DNA of 64,000 nucleotides from a virus (IMGVR_UViG_3300036860_000563:1-64000), one strand, 5' to 3'; shown: positions 1-8,678, numbered from the stretch's first letter. The notes: generated by a model not told the origin, from the letters alone. Translations and numbers: made by a program.

Positions 1-1218
1 TGGCGCGAACGAGGTTATTTGGTGAGATCAAGATCGTTCCGTCGTCCAACTGGGTGATGAGCTGCCGCTCGAGCTCGCGGTAGGCGCGCTCCTGCTTCGG
101 AACCAGCTCGACCCAGCGGGTCGCTCGTACGACCCTCGGTAGTTGGTCCAACACCAGCGCCTTGAGTGTGCGCCGGTAGCGCGGGTAGAAGACCCGGTAG
201 AACTCATCGCGTGTGGCTGGGTTGAGTCCGACGACGTCGAGACCACCGAACGCGTTCCACGACATGAGCCCGTACCTGTCGATAAAGCGAGACTTAGTGG
301 GGTACTCATCCGGCTGGGCAAAGTGCATGAGTGACCACAGGTCACCGACGTGGTTGGCGATCGGAGTTCCGGTGAGCAACCAGCGGCGCCGGACGGACGG
401 GTCGTGCCCCACGGCCCAGCAGGCGCGCGTCTGTTGACTCTTAGGTTCCTTGATCTTATGAGCCTCATCGAGTATGACGGTCTTAAACCCGAAGCCGTTG
501 AGCTCCTTCGCGTGCGTCTCACACCGTGACGTGGTGAGGCCTACCTCACCGTTGCGTGGGTCGCACTCACGGCAGCGCCTGAGCCTGATCGACCCGAACG
601 GCGCGAGCCGGGACAGCAGGCGCACCGCCTCGACGTTGATGATGACCAGTGCGGACGGGTCCAGCTTCGCCTGAGCGAGCAGCTTCCGCCGACCGGCCGC
701 ACCACCTCGGATGACGTACGGGGTCACCTCCGGTGACCACTTAGCGGCCTGGCGCTCCCACGCGAGCTTCGTGGAGTTGGGGCAGATCACGAGCGCGGGT
801 AGCGCGTCCACAACCTCGCTCAGCGCCGCGAGTGCTGTGATGGTCTTACCTAGGCCGAGTTCGTCACCGATCAGCGTGTTGCCGCTGACGCCGATGAACG
901 TGGCACCAACGCTCTGAAACGGGTGTAGGTTCGGTGCGAGTAGGGCGTCGTCGGCACAGGTGATCACCGTGCGCAGCTCGGTGGTAGGTTGAACCCGCTG
1001 GGTGAACTCGGCCCACGACCACAGGGTGAGTTGTTCACCGATCGTGACGTTAGCGCCGAACACACCACGCAGTTGTTGACACGCCACCCAGGTGAGCGGA
1101 ACGGTCCACACGCGCTCATCGGAGCTCCAGCGGGCACCCGGGATGAGCTTGATGAGCTCCTTCTCCGTCCACGCCGTCGCGACGGTTATGAGGTCACCGG
1201 CACGTTCAGCGTGAGCCA
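1..1218 (-). CDS. SNF2/Rad54-family DNA helicase, N-terminal part (gene continues beyond left edge)
   Basis: Reverse-strand frame reads VAHAERAGDL...GDELGLGKTITALAAL (Walker A), VILDEAHKIK (DEAH box), LLTGTPIANHVGDLWSLMHF (motif III). GTG start at 1218 is preceded by an in-frame TAA. No stop before position 1, so it is absent from the ORF table. Confidence 0.8.
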
Positions 1219-1461
1219 CTACACGTCGTTCTTACTCATAGTGTTCTTAACGATGATCAGGAGCTCGTTGAGACACGGTAAGCACAACCAAGTGGTCGTC
1301 CACGGTGTGGTCAGACGACGCCACCAACGTGGACGATCATCGCTGCGGTAGACACGATACTTGAAGTGCGCGTTCGCGTGAGCGTCACACCTATGATACT
1401 CACACTCGCACTCACGCTCACACTCACGCTTAAGAGCTCCGTGAGCGTTCGTCTTCATCTT
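1219..1461 (-). CDS. small Cys-rich hypothetical protein
   Basis: ORF whose TAG overlaps the helicase GTG (TAGTG). GGAG just upstream of ATG 1461. Contains a CTCACG/CTCACA repeat giving ECERECECE, and a CLPC motif. Confidence 0.35.
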   Translation of the reverse strand, partial: KMKTNAHGALKRECERECECEYHRCDAHANAHFKYRVYRSDDRPRWWRRLTTPWTTTWLCLPCLNELLIIVKNTMSKNDV

Positions 1462-1507
1462 CATCACTCCGATCTCTTCAACAACACACCGGTCACTCTC
1501 TGGGTCG

Positions 1508-1966
1508 CTACGAAGATTCTACTACACGGGTCAGCGAGTGGATGAAGCCGATCGGGTCTCGCTCTTGGTAGGCGAGCGCGACCTGCGCGGCCGCCTTGTT
1601 CATGTGATCTCCCGGTTTGGGCCGGTACCAGCCCAGGCGACGCAGCACGTCGTGTGACCCCGCGCGCGACGCCTCGGCGGCGCCACGAAGCGCGAACCAC
1701 GCACGGTGTTCACACGCGAGCCAGCGCATCACACCGATCACCTCAAGTGCGTCGTTCTGAGCGGTGCGTGGTCGTCCGGGTGCCTGGGTGAAGCGCTCCA
1801 CGGTCAGGGTGGCACCGGGGTACGCGATGAGCCACGACCTCACCCAGCCACACACGTGAAGTGAGGCACCGCTGAGCGCCGTGAACGCTCGCGCCTCGGG
1901 TAGGTAGAGCGCCGCGGCGGTCACCAGACCAGGATCCACACCAACGTACGCGGGAGGGCCGGTCAC
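1508..1966 (-). CDS. RuvC-like Holliday junction resolvase
   Basis: VTGPPAYVGVDPGLVTAAALYL matches the RuvC N-terminal G(I/V)DPG motif. C-terminal DHMNKAAAQVALAY. GTG start. Confidence 0.65.
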   Translation of the reverse strand: MTGPPAYVGVDPGLVTAAALYLPEARAFTALSGASLHVCGWVRSWLIAYPGATLTVERFTQAPGRPRTAQNDALEVIGVMRWLACEHRAWFALRGAAEASRAGSHDVLRRLGWYRPKPGDHMNKAAAQVALAYQERDPIGFIHSLTRVVESS

Positions 1967-1970
1967 GTCA

Positions 1971-3881
1971 TCACACCAACGTCTCAGTCGTGGAGATGTG
2001 GGAAGTTGACTCGTCGAAGACGTACGGGAGCTTAGCACCCCACGACTCACCGCGTGACACGGACGCGGTGATCGGAACGTTGAGTAGCTGATCGTCGTTC
2101 ATGATCTTACGAAGAGTGTGAGCGACGTCAGCGACGTGCTCACCGGGTACGTCCAGCAGCACCTCGTCGTGCACAGGTGCGAACATCCACTCATCGAGAC
2201 CCGCGCTGGCGAGCTCCACGAGCTTCATCTTAAAGATCTCACCAGCGCCGCACTGGATGATGAAGTTGACGAGCGCGTACTCCTTGCCCTCGTCGGCGAT
2301 GAGCCACCGCTGGGTGAACGGTGAGCGCACCCCACGCACACCACTACCGCGCGCCGCGCTTAGTGCGGTGTTGATCACGTCGCTCTGAAACCGTTGAACA
2401 CCCGGGAACCGCTGGTTCCACACACCGCGAAACGCGCGTGCGTTCTCGAGCGATATTCCGGCGGTCTGTGCGAACTTCGGTACGCCGGCGCCATATAGAG
2501 TAGCGTACGTGGCGTTCTTCGTTACCTGTCGCCGTGGATCGCTCTTAGTGATCGTGTCGTCATCATAGATCAGGCGCGCGAGGTTGACGAAGAAGTCACC
2601 ACCGTCGGTGAACGCCTTGATCATCGTGTGTTCATCCGCGACGTGAGCGAGTAGGCGAGCCTCGATCTGATCGAAGTCACACATCACGAGTGACCCACCC
2701 GCGTGACGAGTTGTGATCATGTTACGCACCACGTCACCGGGACGACTCGTGCCGAACCGTGGCAGGTTCTGCACGTTGGGACTGTCCATCGACATACGTG
2801 ACGTCCGCGCACCGAGTGTGTTGATGGACGGGTGAAGCAGGTCGTCCGCGTCGGCCTCCTCGACGTAGAACCGCAGGTAGGTCGACGCCATCTTCTGCAC
2901 CTGCCGACGCTGCAGCACAGCGCGCGCGAGCGGGTGATCGATCCCGTCGAGAACGTCGGCGTCGAGTGACTTTGCGCCCGACTTCGTCGCCTTGGAGAAC
3001 GTGAACCCGGCGTCTTCGAGGATCTCAATGATCGCAGTACTGGAGCCAGGTTTCACACCGTACTCCCGCCGACACCACTCTTCGACGCGTTCACAGTAGT
3101 CCTCGAACTCACGCAGCTTCTGCGTGGCGAGTGCTCGATCGACGTGCACACCGTAGCGCTCCATGCGCTCGGTGACCCAGAGGACGGCGCGCTCCAGGTC
3201 ATACGCCTTTGGTGCCTCTCGCTGGGTTATCGGGTAGTGGTGCTCGAAGAGCCTATACGTCAGCACCGGGTCCAGGGCGGCGTACGCCCAGTACGGCTGG
3301 TAGTCCAGCGGAACCGTAGCCCACGTCCACTTCGTGCCCGCGAGCTCGGTCTGCAGACCGGCGGCGGCGGCGTCGACGTGTCGCGTCGCCTGGTTCTTCA
3401 GTGCCATCGACATGTGAGGTTCGTTGATCCGTGACAACACCATGGTGTCATGCACCCGGTGACGCGGTAAACACACACCAGCGCGGTCGAGGAACGCCAT
3501 GTCAAAGGTGCTGTTGTGTAAGATCCAGTCACCCTGCCACGAGCGCACGAGCGACTCCATGATGCCACTCCACCGGTCCCACGAGAACGCGAAGCCACGC
3601 GCACCGTCGCCGACCTGCACGAGACGAAGTGTGTCTCGTTGCTTATTCAACCCGGTCGTCTCGGTGTCCAGTCCCAGCGCGTTCACCGGACGACGCTCGC
3701 CCAGCCATGAGTGAAGGGTGATGACGTCCTCGAGTGAGTTGACGAGGTGAAGCTTAACGTCACCGAGTGTCACGAGTTCACAGCTTCTTCCTCTTCCTCT
3801 TCCTCTTCCTCTTCCTCTTCCTCTTCCTCTTCCCACAGTGCCACACTGTGTCCGGTCATAGCACTGTGGAATGAGTGCCAC
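1971..3881 (-). CDS. polA: DNA polymerase I (family A) with 3'-5' exonuclease domain
   Basis: Exo motif LGLDTETTGLN. Polymerase motif B KNATYATLYGAG and motif C APVHDEVLLDVP. N-terminus uncertain: GTG 3881 includes (GR)9 encoded by (CTCTTC)n; alternative GTG at 3773 (VTLGDVKLHL). Neither has a good RBS. Confidence 0.85.
   Translation of the reverse strand: MALIPQCYDRTQCGTVGRGRGRGRGRGRGRGRSCELVTLGDVKLHLVNSLEDVITLHSWLGERRPVNALGLDTETTGLNKQRDTLRLVQVGDGARGFAFSWDRWSGIMESLVRSWQGDWILHNSTFDMAFLDRAGVCLPRHRVHDTMVLSRINEPHMSMALKNQATRHVDAAAAGLQTELAGTKWTWATVPLDYQPYWAYAALDPVLTYRLFEHHYPITQREAPKAYDLERAVLWVTERMERYGVHVDRALATQKLREFEDYCERVEEWCRREYGVKPGSSTAIIEILEDAGFTFSKATKSGAKSLDADVLDGIDHPLARAVLQRRQVQKMASTYLRFYVEEADADDLLHPSINTLGARTSRMSMDSPNVQNLPRFGTSRPGDVVRNMITTRHAGGSLVMCDFDQIEARLLAHVADEHTMIKAFTDGGDFFVNLARLIYDDDTITKSDPRRQVTKNATYATLYGAGVPKFAQTAGISLENARAFRGVWNQRFPGVQRFQSDVINTALSAARGSGVRGVRSPFTQRWLIADEGKEYALVNFIIQCGAGEIFKMKLVELASAGLDEWMFAPVHDEVLLDVPGEHVADVAHTLRKIMNDDQLLNVPITASVSRGESWGAKLPYVFDESTSHISTTETLV
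3785..3833. repeat. (CTCTTC)n hexanucleotide microsatellite, about 8-9 units
   Basis: Seen directly. Translates as (GR)n in the polA frame and as poly-Glu in overlapping ORF 3770..4015. Confidence 0.9.
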
Positions 3882-3900
3882 TCAGCTCGTGCGAGTGGCA
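3874..3900 (-). other. perfect 9-bp inverted-repeat hairpin (GTGCCACTC / GAGTGGCAC) between dCMP deaminase and polA
   Basis: Seen directly. A second small hairpin, CACAGTG-CCA-CACTGTG, sits at 3833..3849. Confidence 0.3.
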
Positions 3901-4002
3901 CCGAGAACACTGTGGTGATTTGACAACTCTCACATCGACCACGATATCTCGTTAAGATTGACGACAACAGCGGCGACCATGGTGCGTTGCTTCTCGTCGC
4001 AG

Positions 4003-4476
4003 TCACGACACGCACGTAACCTCCAGCTCGCAGTTGGTGAGAAGTTCGTATGATCTCTCCGGGTTACGATGAGTGCCGCGCTCACGTCGACGTACGACGA
4101 CACGTCGTAGGCCCGAGTTGGCGATGACCTTAGCACACCCGAAGCAGACGTCACTCGTGACGTAGATCGTACCGCCCTCACGCGCCGATCGATCACAGAC
4201 TGACAACCCGTTGAGCTCAGCGTGTGATGATGGGCAGTCTGTGTAGTCCGAGTTGAGCTTCTCATCACGGTTAGTTAACGCTGCTCGCTGACACCACGCA
4301 CGACACGGTAGGTTACTGTGCGTGAAACCCCTGGGTGGGCCGTTGTAGCCCGTCGCGACGATGCGGTTACTCACGTTCACGATGACAGCACCCACCTGGT
4401 CGCGAACACAGAGACTACGCCGTGCGACGACGTCAGCGACGTTGAGCCACGTCTCGTCCCACGACGAGCGCGTCAC
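4003..4476 (-). CDS. dCMP deaminase (deoxycytidylate deaminase zinc-binding fold)
   Basis: SHAELNGL (HxE zinc ligand) and DVCFGCAKVI (CxxC zinc ligands). Extra LPCRAWC Cys pair. Confidence 0.75.
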   Translation of the reverse strand: MTRSSWDETWLNVADVVARRSLCVRDQVGAVIVNVSNRIVATGYNGPPRGFTHSNLPCRAWCQRAALTNRDEKLNSDYTDCPSSHAELNGLSVCDRSAREGGTIYVTSDVCFGCAKVIANSGLRRVVVRRRERGTHRNPERSYELLTNCELEVTCVS

Positions 4477-4733
4477 GATGAGTCTCCGTCATCACGCGGC
4501 GTAGTCTTTGCACGACGCGGGCACGACGGACACGAACACACGCCCTCGGCGCACAACACGTACCCGACTCCCTCCCGGAACAGGTCACTGATTGTAATGT
4601 CACGCCGGTTCGCGATGTCACGTAGCGTGGCGGCTAGGCCGAACGGAAGTCGCACCGAGTGCACCGACCCGAGCATCTTAGGATCTACGGGTGTAGGACT
4701 TGGATCGTGACCGGGTTCGGTGAGCTCAGTCAT
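4473..4733 (-). CDS. ribbon-helix-helix (CopG/Arc-like) small DNA-binding protein with Cys-rich tail
   Basis: VRLPFGLAATLRDIANRRDITISDLFREGVGYVL resembles an RHH strand plus two helices. C-terminal CSCPSCP. ATG 4733 lies 2 nt after the ThyA-like stop. ATGA overlap with the downstream gene. Confidence 0.4.
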   Translation of the reverse strand: MTELTEPGHDPSPTPVDPKMLGSVHSVRLPFGLAATLRDIANRRDITISDLFREGVGYVLCAEGVCSCPSCPRRAKTTPRDDGDSS

Positions 4734-4735
4734 GG

Positions 4736-5572
4736 CTATGATGAAAGTTCCGTGAGTGGTGTGAGCTGATCGCGGTACCAACACTCACTCATAGTCATCG
4801 TGGGGATGTCAGAGTAGGGTAACGTCCGGGCGCGCATCATGATCGAGTGAAAGTTGTCCTCCACGCTTCCGAGACCACGCGGCTGCCACTCGGGTGGTCC
4901 AACCGCCGGGCGTAGCCACTCGACTCTCTCCACGTCTGCCTCGTAAATGTGTGTTGACCACGTGGTGTGACGATACGGGCCGGGTGATACACCCAGCGCG
5001 CGCGCCGCCGTCTGCTGGAGCTGAGTGAACTGAAACCAGTCGTAGGGGGACCCGAGCCAGACGTCCTGTGAGCGCATGGTGGTGCGTAGGTGCAACTGAT
5101 CGTTCTTGAGCTCGAAGTGGAGCGCCACGGTGCACGGGTAGTCACGGTGCCCCGGTAGGTTGTCCAACCACGGGTCCCACAGTGTGATGACGGCCTGCCG
5201 TGTCGCTGGGTCAGCGCGTAGCTTGTGGAGTGCGGCGGGCACCTGCAACCGAACCCGGTCACCGTACGCCCCGTAGAACCGCTGGGTGTCGGGTTCGAGA
5301 AACCGCTGAAAGTTTGGCGACGCGGTGATGAGTAACCGTGGGTCGCTAAACCCGCCGATGAGCTGCACCGCCTCCGCCGCCGCCACACGTCGGTTGACGT
5401 CACGACAGACGCCCAGTGGGAGTGATCGGCTAACGTCGTACATGATGACGGTCAGCTCACCTGCGTCCAGCGTCGGCAGGCCTCGCGGCGCGCGTCGTTC
5501 CCCGTGCTTGATGACGTAGTTCACGACATCGGCGTAGCCGACCACACCGTTCTCGATCTCGATGGTACTCAC
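4736..5572 (-). CDS. ThyA-family enzyme (thymidylate synthase / dNMP (hydroxy)methylase homolog) with Asp at the pyrimidine-specificity position
   Basis: Aligns to E. coli ThyA. GERRAPRGLPTL ~ dRTGTGTL. DPATRQAVITLWDP ~ DPDSRRIIVSAWNV. YPCTVALHFEL ~ APCHAFFQFYV (catalytic Cys). MRSQDVWLGSPYDWFQF ~ QRSCDVFLGLPFNIASY, where the ThyA N177 / T4 dCMP hydroxymethylase D179 equivalent is Asp. The Cys-to-Arg spacing (20) is conserved. Confidence 0.7.
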   Translation of the reverse strand: MSTIEIENGVVGYADVVNYVIKHGERRAPRGLPTLDAGELTVIMYDVSRSLPLGVCRDVNRRVAAAEAVQLIGGFSDPRLLITASPNFQRFLEPDTQRFYGAYGDRVRLQVPAALHKLRADPATRQAVITLWDPWLDNLPGHRDYPCTVALHFELKNDQLHLRTTMRSQDVWLGSPYDWFQFTQLQQTAARALGVSPGPYRHTTWSTHIYEADVERVEWLRPAVGPPEWQPRGLGSVEDNFHSIMMRARTLPYSDIPTMTMSECWYRDQLTPLTELSS

Positions 5573-5705
5573 GATGATGAGTCTCGTCGGTGCATTTCAC
5601 GCTTATTCTCGTACTTAGCCATCAACCATAGTGAACCGAGCGTCATCATCACGACACAAACACACGTGACGGAGAATATCCAAGCGAACAGCTGCTCGAG
5701 ACCGG

Positions 5706-6662
5706 TCACAGTGTTACCTCCGATGAGCGTGAACCGTGGAGTAAAGGTGTGGTGACTCCAGCCGCGTCGAGAAGCCGTGTGACGTACTCTCGTTGAGCGT
5801 GATGATGAAAGCGACGAGCGTGCTGCGGGTGCTCAACGCGACCGAACCCCACCAGCCCGGCGCTCGTCGCGGCGATCGCAGAGTTGTGACCCAGCGTCAC
5901 GGCCGGTGGGGCGCCGAGCGTCGTGTACGTAGCGCGTAGCTCGTCACCTGACAGCTCACACGCGTTGAGGACACCCACCCGCTGGACGTTCACATCGGCG
6001 CTCACCAGGGCGTCGAACAACCAGAGGCCGGACGTGCCGACAGCTGGGCCGAAGGGCCACGGTAACGCGCTCGCCGGGGTGTGGCCGGGGTTTCGGCGGT
6101 CGCCGAGTAGCAGTAAGCCGGGGTCGGGTGGACCGACGTAACTGGGCAGTGAGACCGGACGAGTCCTCTCCGCCAACCTTATGACGTCGACGGGGTCGTG
6201 GGGTTCGTCGGTCAGCAGGGTGAACCAGTGAGCGTGTGAGCGTGAACCACAGTACTCATCATATCGCAGCGCAACGTGTGCGAGCTGTTCGACGTCGATG
6301 AGATCATCACCACGCTCGACGAATCGGCCCAGGAGTGTCTCGGGTTGAGCTGTCACGTGAATGAACGTCGCACCGAGGGTACGTAGCACCAGCTCTACGT
6401 ACGCGGCCTGCCCCAGTGATAAGATCGATCTCTCGCGTAAGAGCGGACCGTAGATGAGCTCGCCCACGTGCCAACGATCCAACACGTGATGTCGTTCATC
6501 CCCGACCAGCGCACCCAGTGGTACGAGGTACTCACCCATCCCGGTGGCAGCGTGGGGTGGTGGACCCTTCTTCCAGTGGTGTGTGGTGCCGAGGTGTCGT
6601 ACCAGCTCGCGCGCGAGTGTCGTCTTACCCCCGCAGTCAGGCCCCTCTAGTACGATAATCAC
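5706..6662 (-). CDS. dNMP (thymidylate-kinase-like) kinase fused to a C-terminal uracil-DNA-glycosylase-superfamily-like domain
   Basis: N-terminal IIVLEGPDCGGKTTLAREL (P-loop) and LDRWHVGE (DR[YH] motif). C-terminal LGDRRNPGHTP...LPWPFGPAVGTSGLWLFDAL resembles UDG family 4/5 motif A (GEAPG..E..G.PFvG.AG.LL). TLGHNSAIA resembles motif B. Confidence 0.55.
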   Translation of the reverse strand: MIIVLEGPDCGGKTTLARELVRHLGTTHHWKKGPPPHAATGMGEYLVPLGALVGDERHHVLDRWHVGELIYGPLLRERSILSLGQAAYVELVLRTLGATFIHVTAQPETLLGRFVERGDDLIDVEQLAHVALRYDEYCGSRSHAHWFTLLTDEPHDPVDVIRLAERTRPVSLPSYVGPPDPGLLLLGDRRNPGHTPASALPWPFGPAVGTSGLWLFDALVSADVNVQRVGVLNACELSGDELRATYTTLGAPPAVTLGHNSAIAATSAGLVGFGRVEHPQHARRFHHHAQREYVTRLLDAAGVTTPLLHGSRSSEVTL

Positions 6663-6667
6663 GGTGA

Positions 6668-7048
6668 CTACACTACCACCGTTCGGGCAACCGGTGTGAA
6701 CGTGACGAGGGTGACGTCATGTGACCTAGCCCACGTCACGTCACTCTTCGTAGGTGCTGGCTTGGTGATGAAGTCGAGGACACGGCGCGCGTTGGGCCGG
6801 CCGAGGTGATGACGTCCACGCGCTCGTCGTAGCGCGTGACGCTGGAGCCGTGGACGCGCACCCCGACCGGTCGTGAACCGGCCGTCATCTTCATCGTGAG
6901 GACGCGCGTCACGTCGCTCGAGCTGATGATCACGGCGCGCGAGCACCGTGACGGCCAGCGACGCGGCGATGAACAGCACGAGACCGACCAGCACCGTCGA
7001 CCCGAAGAAGCCGAGCGCCAAGAAACCAAGACCACCGGCGAGTGTCAC
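6668..7048 (-). CDS. small membrane protein
   Basis: About 35 hydrophobic N-terminal residues (two TM-like segments), followed by an Arg-rich region. Confidence 0.35.
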   Translation of the reverse strand: MTLAGGLGFLALGFFGSTVLVGLVLFIAASLAVTVLARRDHQLERRDARPHDEDDGRFTTGRGARPRLQRHALRRARGRHHLGRPNARRVLDFITKPAPTKSDVTWARSHDVTLVTFTPVARTVVV

Positions 7049-7108
7049 AGCTTACCTACCTCTTCTCCTGCTTCTCTAAAGACCGTTCGGCGCTCTCTGA
7101 CGTCGTCA

Positions 7109-7837
7109 TCACCGCACGAGATCCAGCTCAGTCTGCACAGCGACAAGTCGATCCCACTTTTGCGCCTTCTCGGTGACCACGCCGTCGGCGCCCGCGGTGC
7201 TCTGCACGAGTTGAGCGAGCGTCACGAGCTCGGTCGTTAGCGTCACCAGGGTTGAGACGACGGTCTCGAGTGATGTGGCCACCGCGAGCACGCGCCGGCC
7301 CAGCTCGTGAGCGTTCTCGTCGGCGAGTTCCGGAACGGCGCCGTTGCTCGCGCTCGGTGTCGTCCGAGAAGCGCGTGATTCGTACCGAGTGCGTAGGTTA
7401 GGGAAGCGCTCGGTGTGCTTGCGGTACAGGACCGACACCTGTGAGCCCGTCCACAGGCCGCCACGAAGTGTACGTACACCGCGATCGTTCAGGTCGGAGG
7501 CCGCGAGTTCGTAGCGGTTGTGACGATCGAGGTGTCGGCACACGGCGCGGATCAGGGTGCGAAGTGTCTCGTCGGAGTAGGCCGGTCGTCGCTTGCCGAC
7601 GTAGTGAGCGAACATGTGCGACGTCACCGACTTGACGTTGGGAGCGACGTACTCGTAGTTCGGATGCTCGCACTCGAAGAGCTCGGTTTCGTCGGCGAGC
7701 AGCAGCTTCGTCACGTTCCGGTACGGTACCAGCTTACCGCCGTACTGGGGGTGTGGGTGAGGACCAACGGCTCGCTCACGCGCGATGATCTCGCGGCCGT
7801 CGGGGGTCATCTTCGTCGTCTTCATCACTCGTACCAC
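7109..7837 (-). CDS. hypothetical protein
   Basis: 242-aa ORF with high third-position GC. Helical, Thr/Leu-rich C-terminus. Confidence 0.45.
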   Translation of the reverse strand: MVRVMKTTKMTPDGREIIARERAVGPHPHPQYGGKLVPYRNVTKLLLADETELFECEHPNYEYVAPNVKSVTSHMFAHYVGKRRPAYSDETLRTLIRAVCRHLDRHNRYELAASDLNDRGVRTLRGGLWTGSQVSVLYRKHTERFPNLRTRYESRASRTTPSASNGAVPELADENAHELGRRVLAVATSLETVVSTLVTLTTELVTLAQLVQSTAGADGVVTEKAQKWDRLVAVQTELDLVR

Positions 7838-8109
7838 TCTCTGTGATCACTCTCTCGCCCAGCGGTTGGGTGAGACCTCTCGCCTCGCTACGCTGGATCA
7901 TACCAGGTACCTGCGCTAAAACCGTAGGTTACGTTGTGTGGACGACGACGCCCGGCGACCGCTTGTCAACTCGTCGGGAGTCGCCGCCGTCTCACCTTGT
8001 GGTACCGGTTCTTCACTCTTCCCCTCACAAGAAGCAAAGAACCACTCACTAGGTGTCCTCGCCGGGCTCGCCGCTGCACGACTCAAACAAGCTTAGACAC
8101 CTACGAGCG

Positions 8110-8183
8110 TAGCGGGAACCGGACTCGAACCGGTGACCTCTAGGTTATGAGCCTAGTGAGCTGCCGAGCTGCTCCACCCCGCG
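8110..8183 (-). tRNA. tRNA with CAT anticodon (Met or Ile2-type)
   Basis: Manual fold of the reverse strand: D-stem GAGC/GCTC, anticodon stem CTAGG/CCTAG with loop CTCATAA, variable loop AGGTC, T-arm ACCGG-TTCGAGT-CCGGT. Acceptor pairs 6/7 (position 1-72 is a C-U mismatch). Confidence 0.55.
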
Positions 8184-8191
8184 CTGAGTGC

Positions 8192-8246
8192 GAGTGATCC
8201 GGGTGGGTTGATGACTCTTGGGGAGGTCGCAACACCCGGATCACTC
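8192..8246 (-). terminator. 14-bp perfect stem-loop (GAGTGATCCGGGTG ... CACCCGGATCACTC, 27-nt loop) between ORF 8289..8678 and the tRNA
   Basis: Seen directly. No U-tract. Confidence 0.35.
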
Positions 8247-8288
8247 ACGAGAGTTATCCTACCAGGTCGGGGTGAAGGTAAGTTAGTT

Positions 8289-8678
8289 TCACACCGGCTG
8301 AGGGGATTGGTGGGACCGGTGTGAGTCGATGAACGTGTTGAGCGCGTTGATGAGCTCACCGAGCAGGTGATTTGTGACGTGCTGCTGGGCGACGAGCTCC
8401 GCCACGCCGTACATCACCGTGAGACGACCACCCCAGCGTTCGTTCGCGATCGCGAGCCGCACGTACGCGTCTCTGACGGCCGCGACGTCCGCCGCGACGT
8501 CCACCTCACGCTTCGTCGGTGGTGAAGCACGTCGGACCCGGTACGTGCGCCCGAGCTGGCGCTCCACGCGGTCACGGATCGGCCGTGACAGCCGTAGGAC
8601 GTCACCGCGGTTGGCCTCCGCGAACTTGATCGCCTCGAGCATGCGCTCCAGTGTGGAACCGTTGAGTGATACGCTCAC
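8289..8678 (-). CDS. hypothetical protein
   Basis: 129-aa ORF with high GC3. Confidence 0.4.
   Translation of the reverse strand: MSVSLNGSTLERMLEAIKFAEANRGDVLRLSRPIRDRVERQLGRTYRVRRASPPTKREVDVAADVAAVRDAYVRLAIANERWGGRLTVMYGVAELVAQQHVTNHLLGELINALNTFIDSHRSHQSPQPV

Noticed and set aside
28-522. ORF-table entry on the minus strand (164 aa, Ser/Thr/Arg-rich)
   Set aside because: It is the wrong frame of the SNF2 helicase. The helicase motifs (GxGKT, DEAH, LTGTP) lie in a different minus-strand frame that has no stop inside the window. Many other listed ORFs are likewise antisense or off-frame shadows of real genes, typical of high-GC DNA: 10081..10854, 26163..26768, 26348..26944, 28958..29428, 63112..63612, 63631..63978.
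3770-4015. 81-aa ORF ending in 17 Glu, read from the (CTCTTC)n repeat
   Set aside because: Probably a frame artefact of the microsatellite at the polA 5' end: no RBS, and it overlaps polA. Kept only as a possibility in the repeat finding.
4736-5572. Initial impression that this was a flavin-dependent ThyX, as is common in actinophages
   Set aside because: No RHRx7S ThyX motif. The sequence instead aligns block-by-block with ThyA (catalytic PC, RS.DV.LG.P, DP..R...W), so it is a ThyA-family enzyme.
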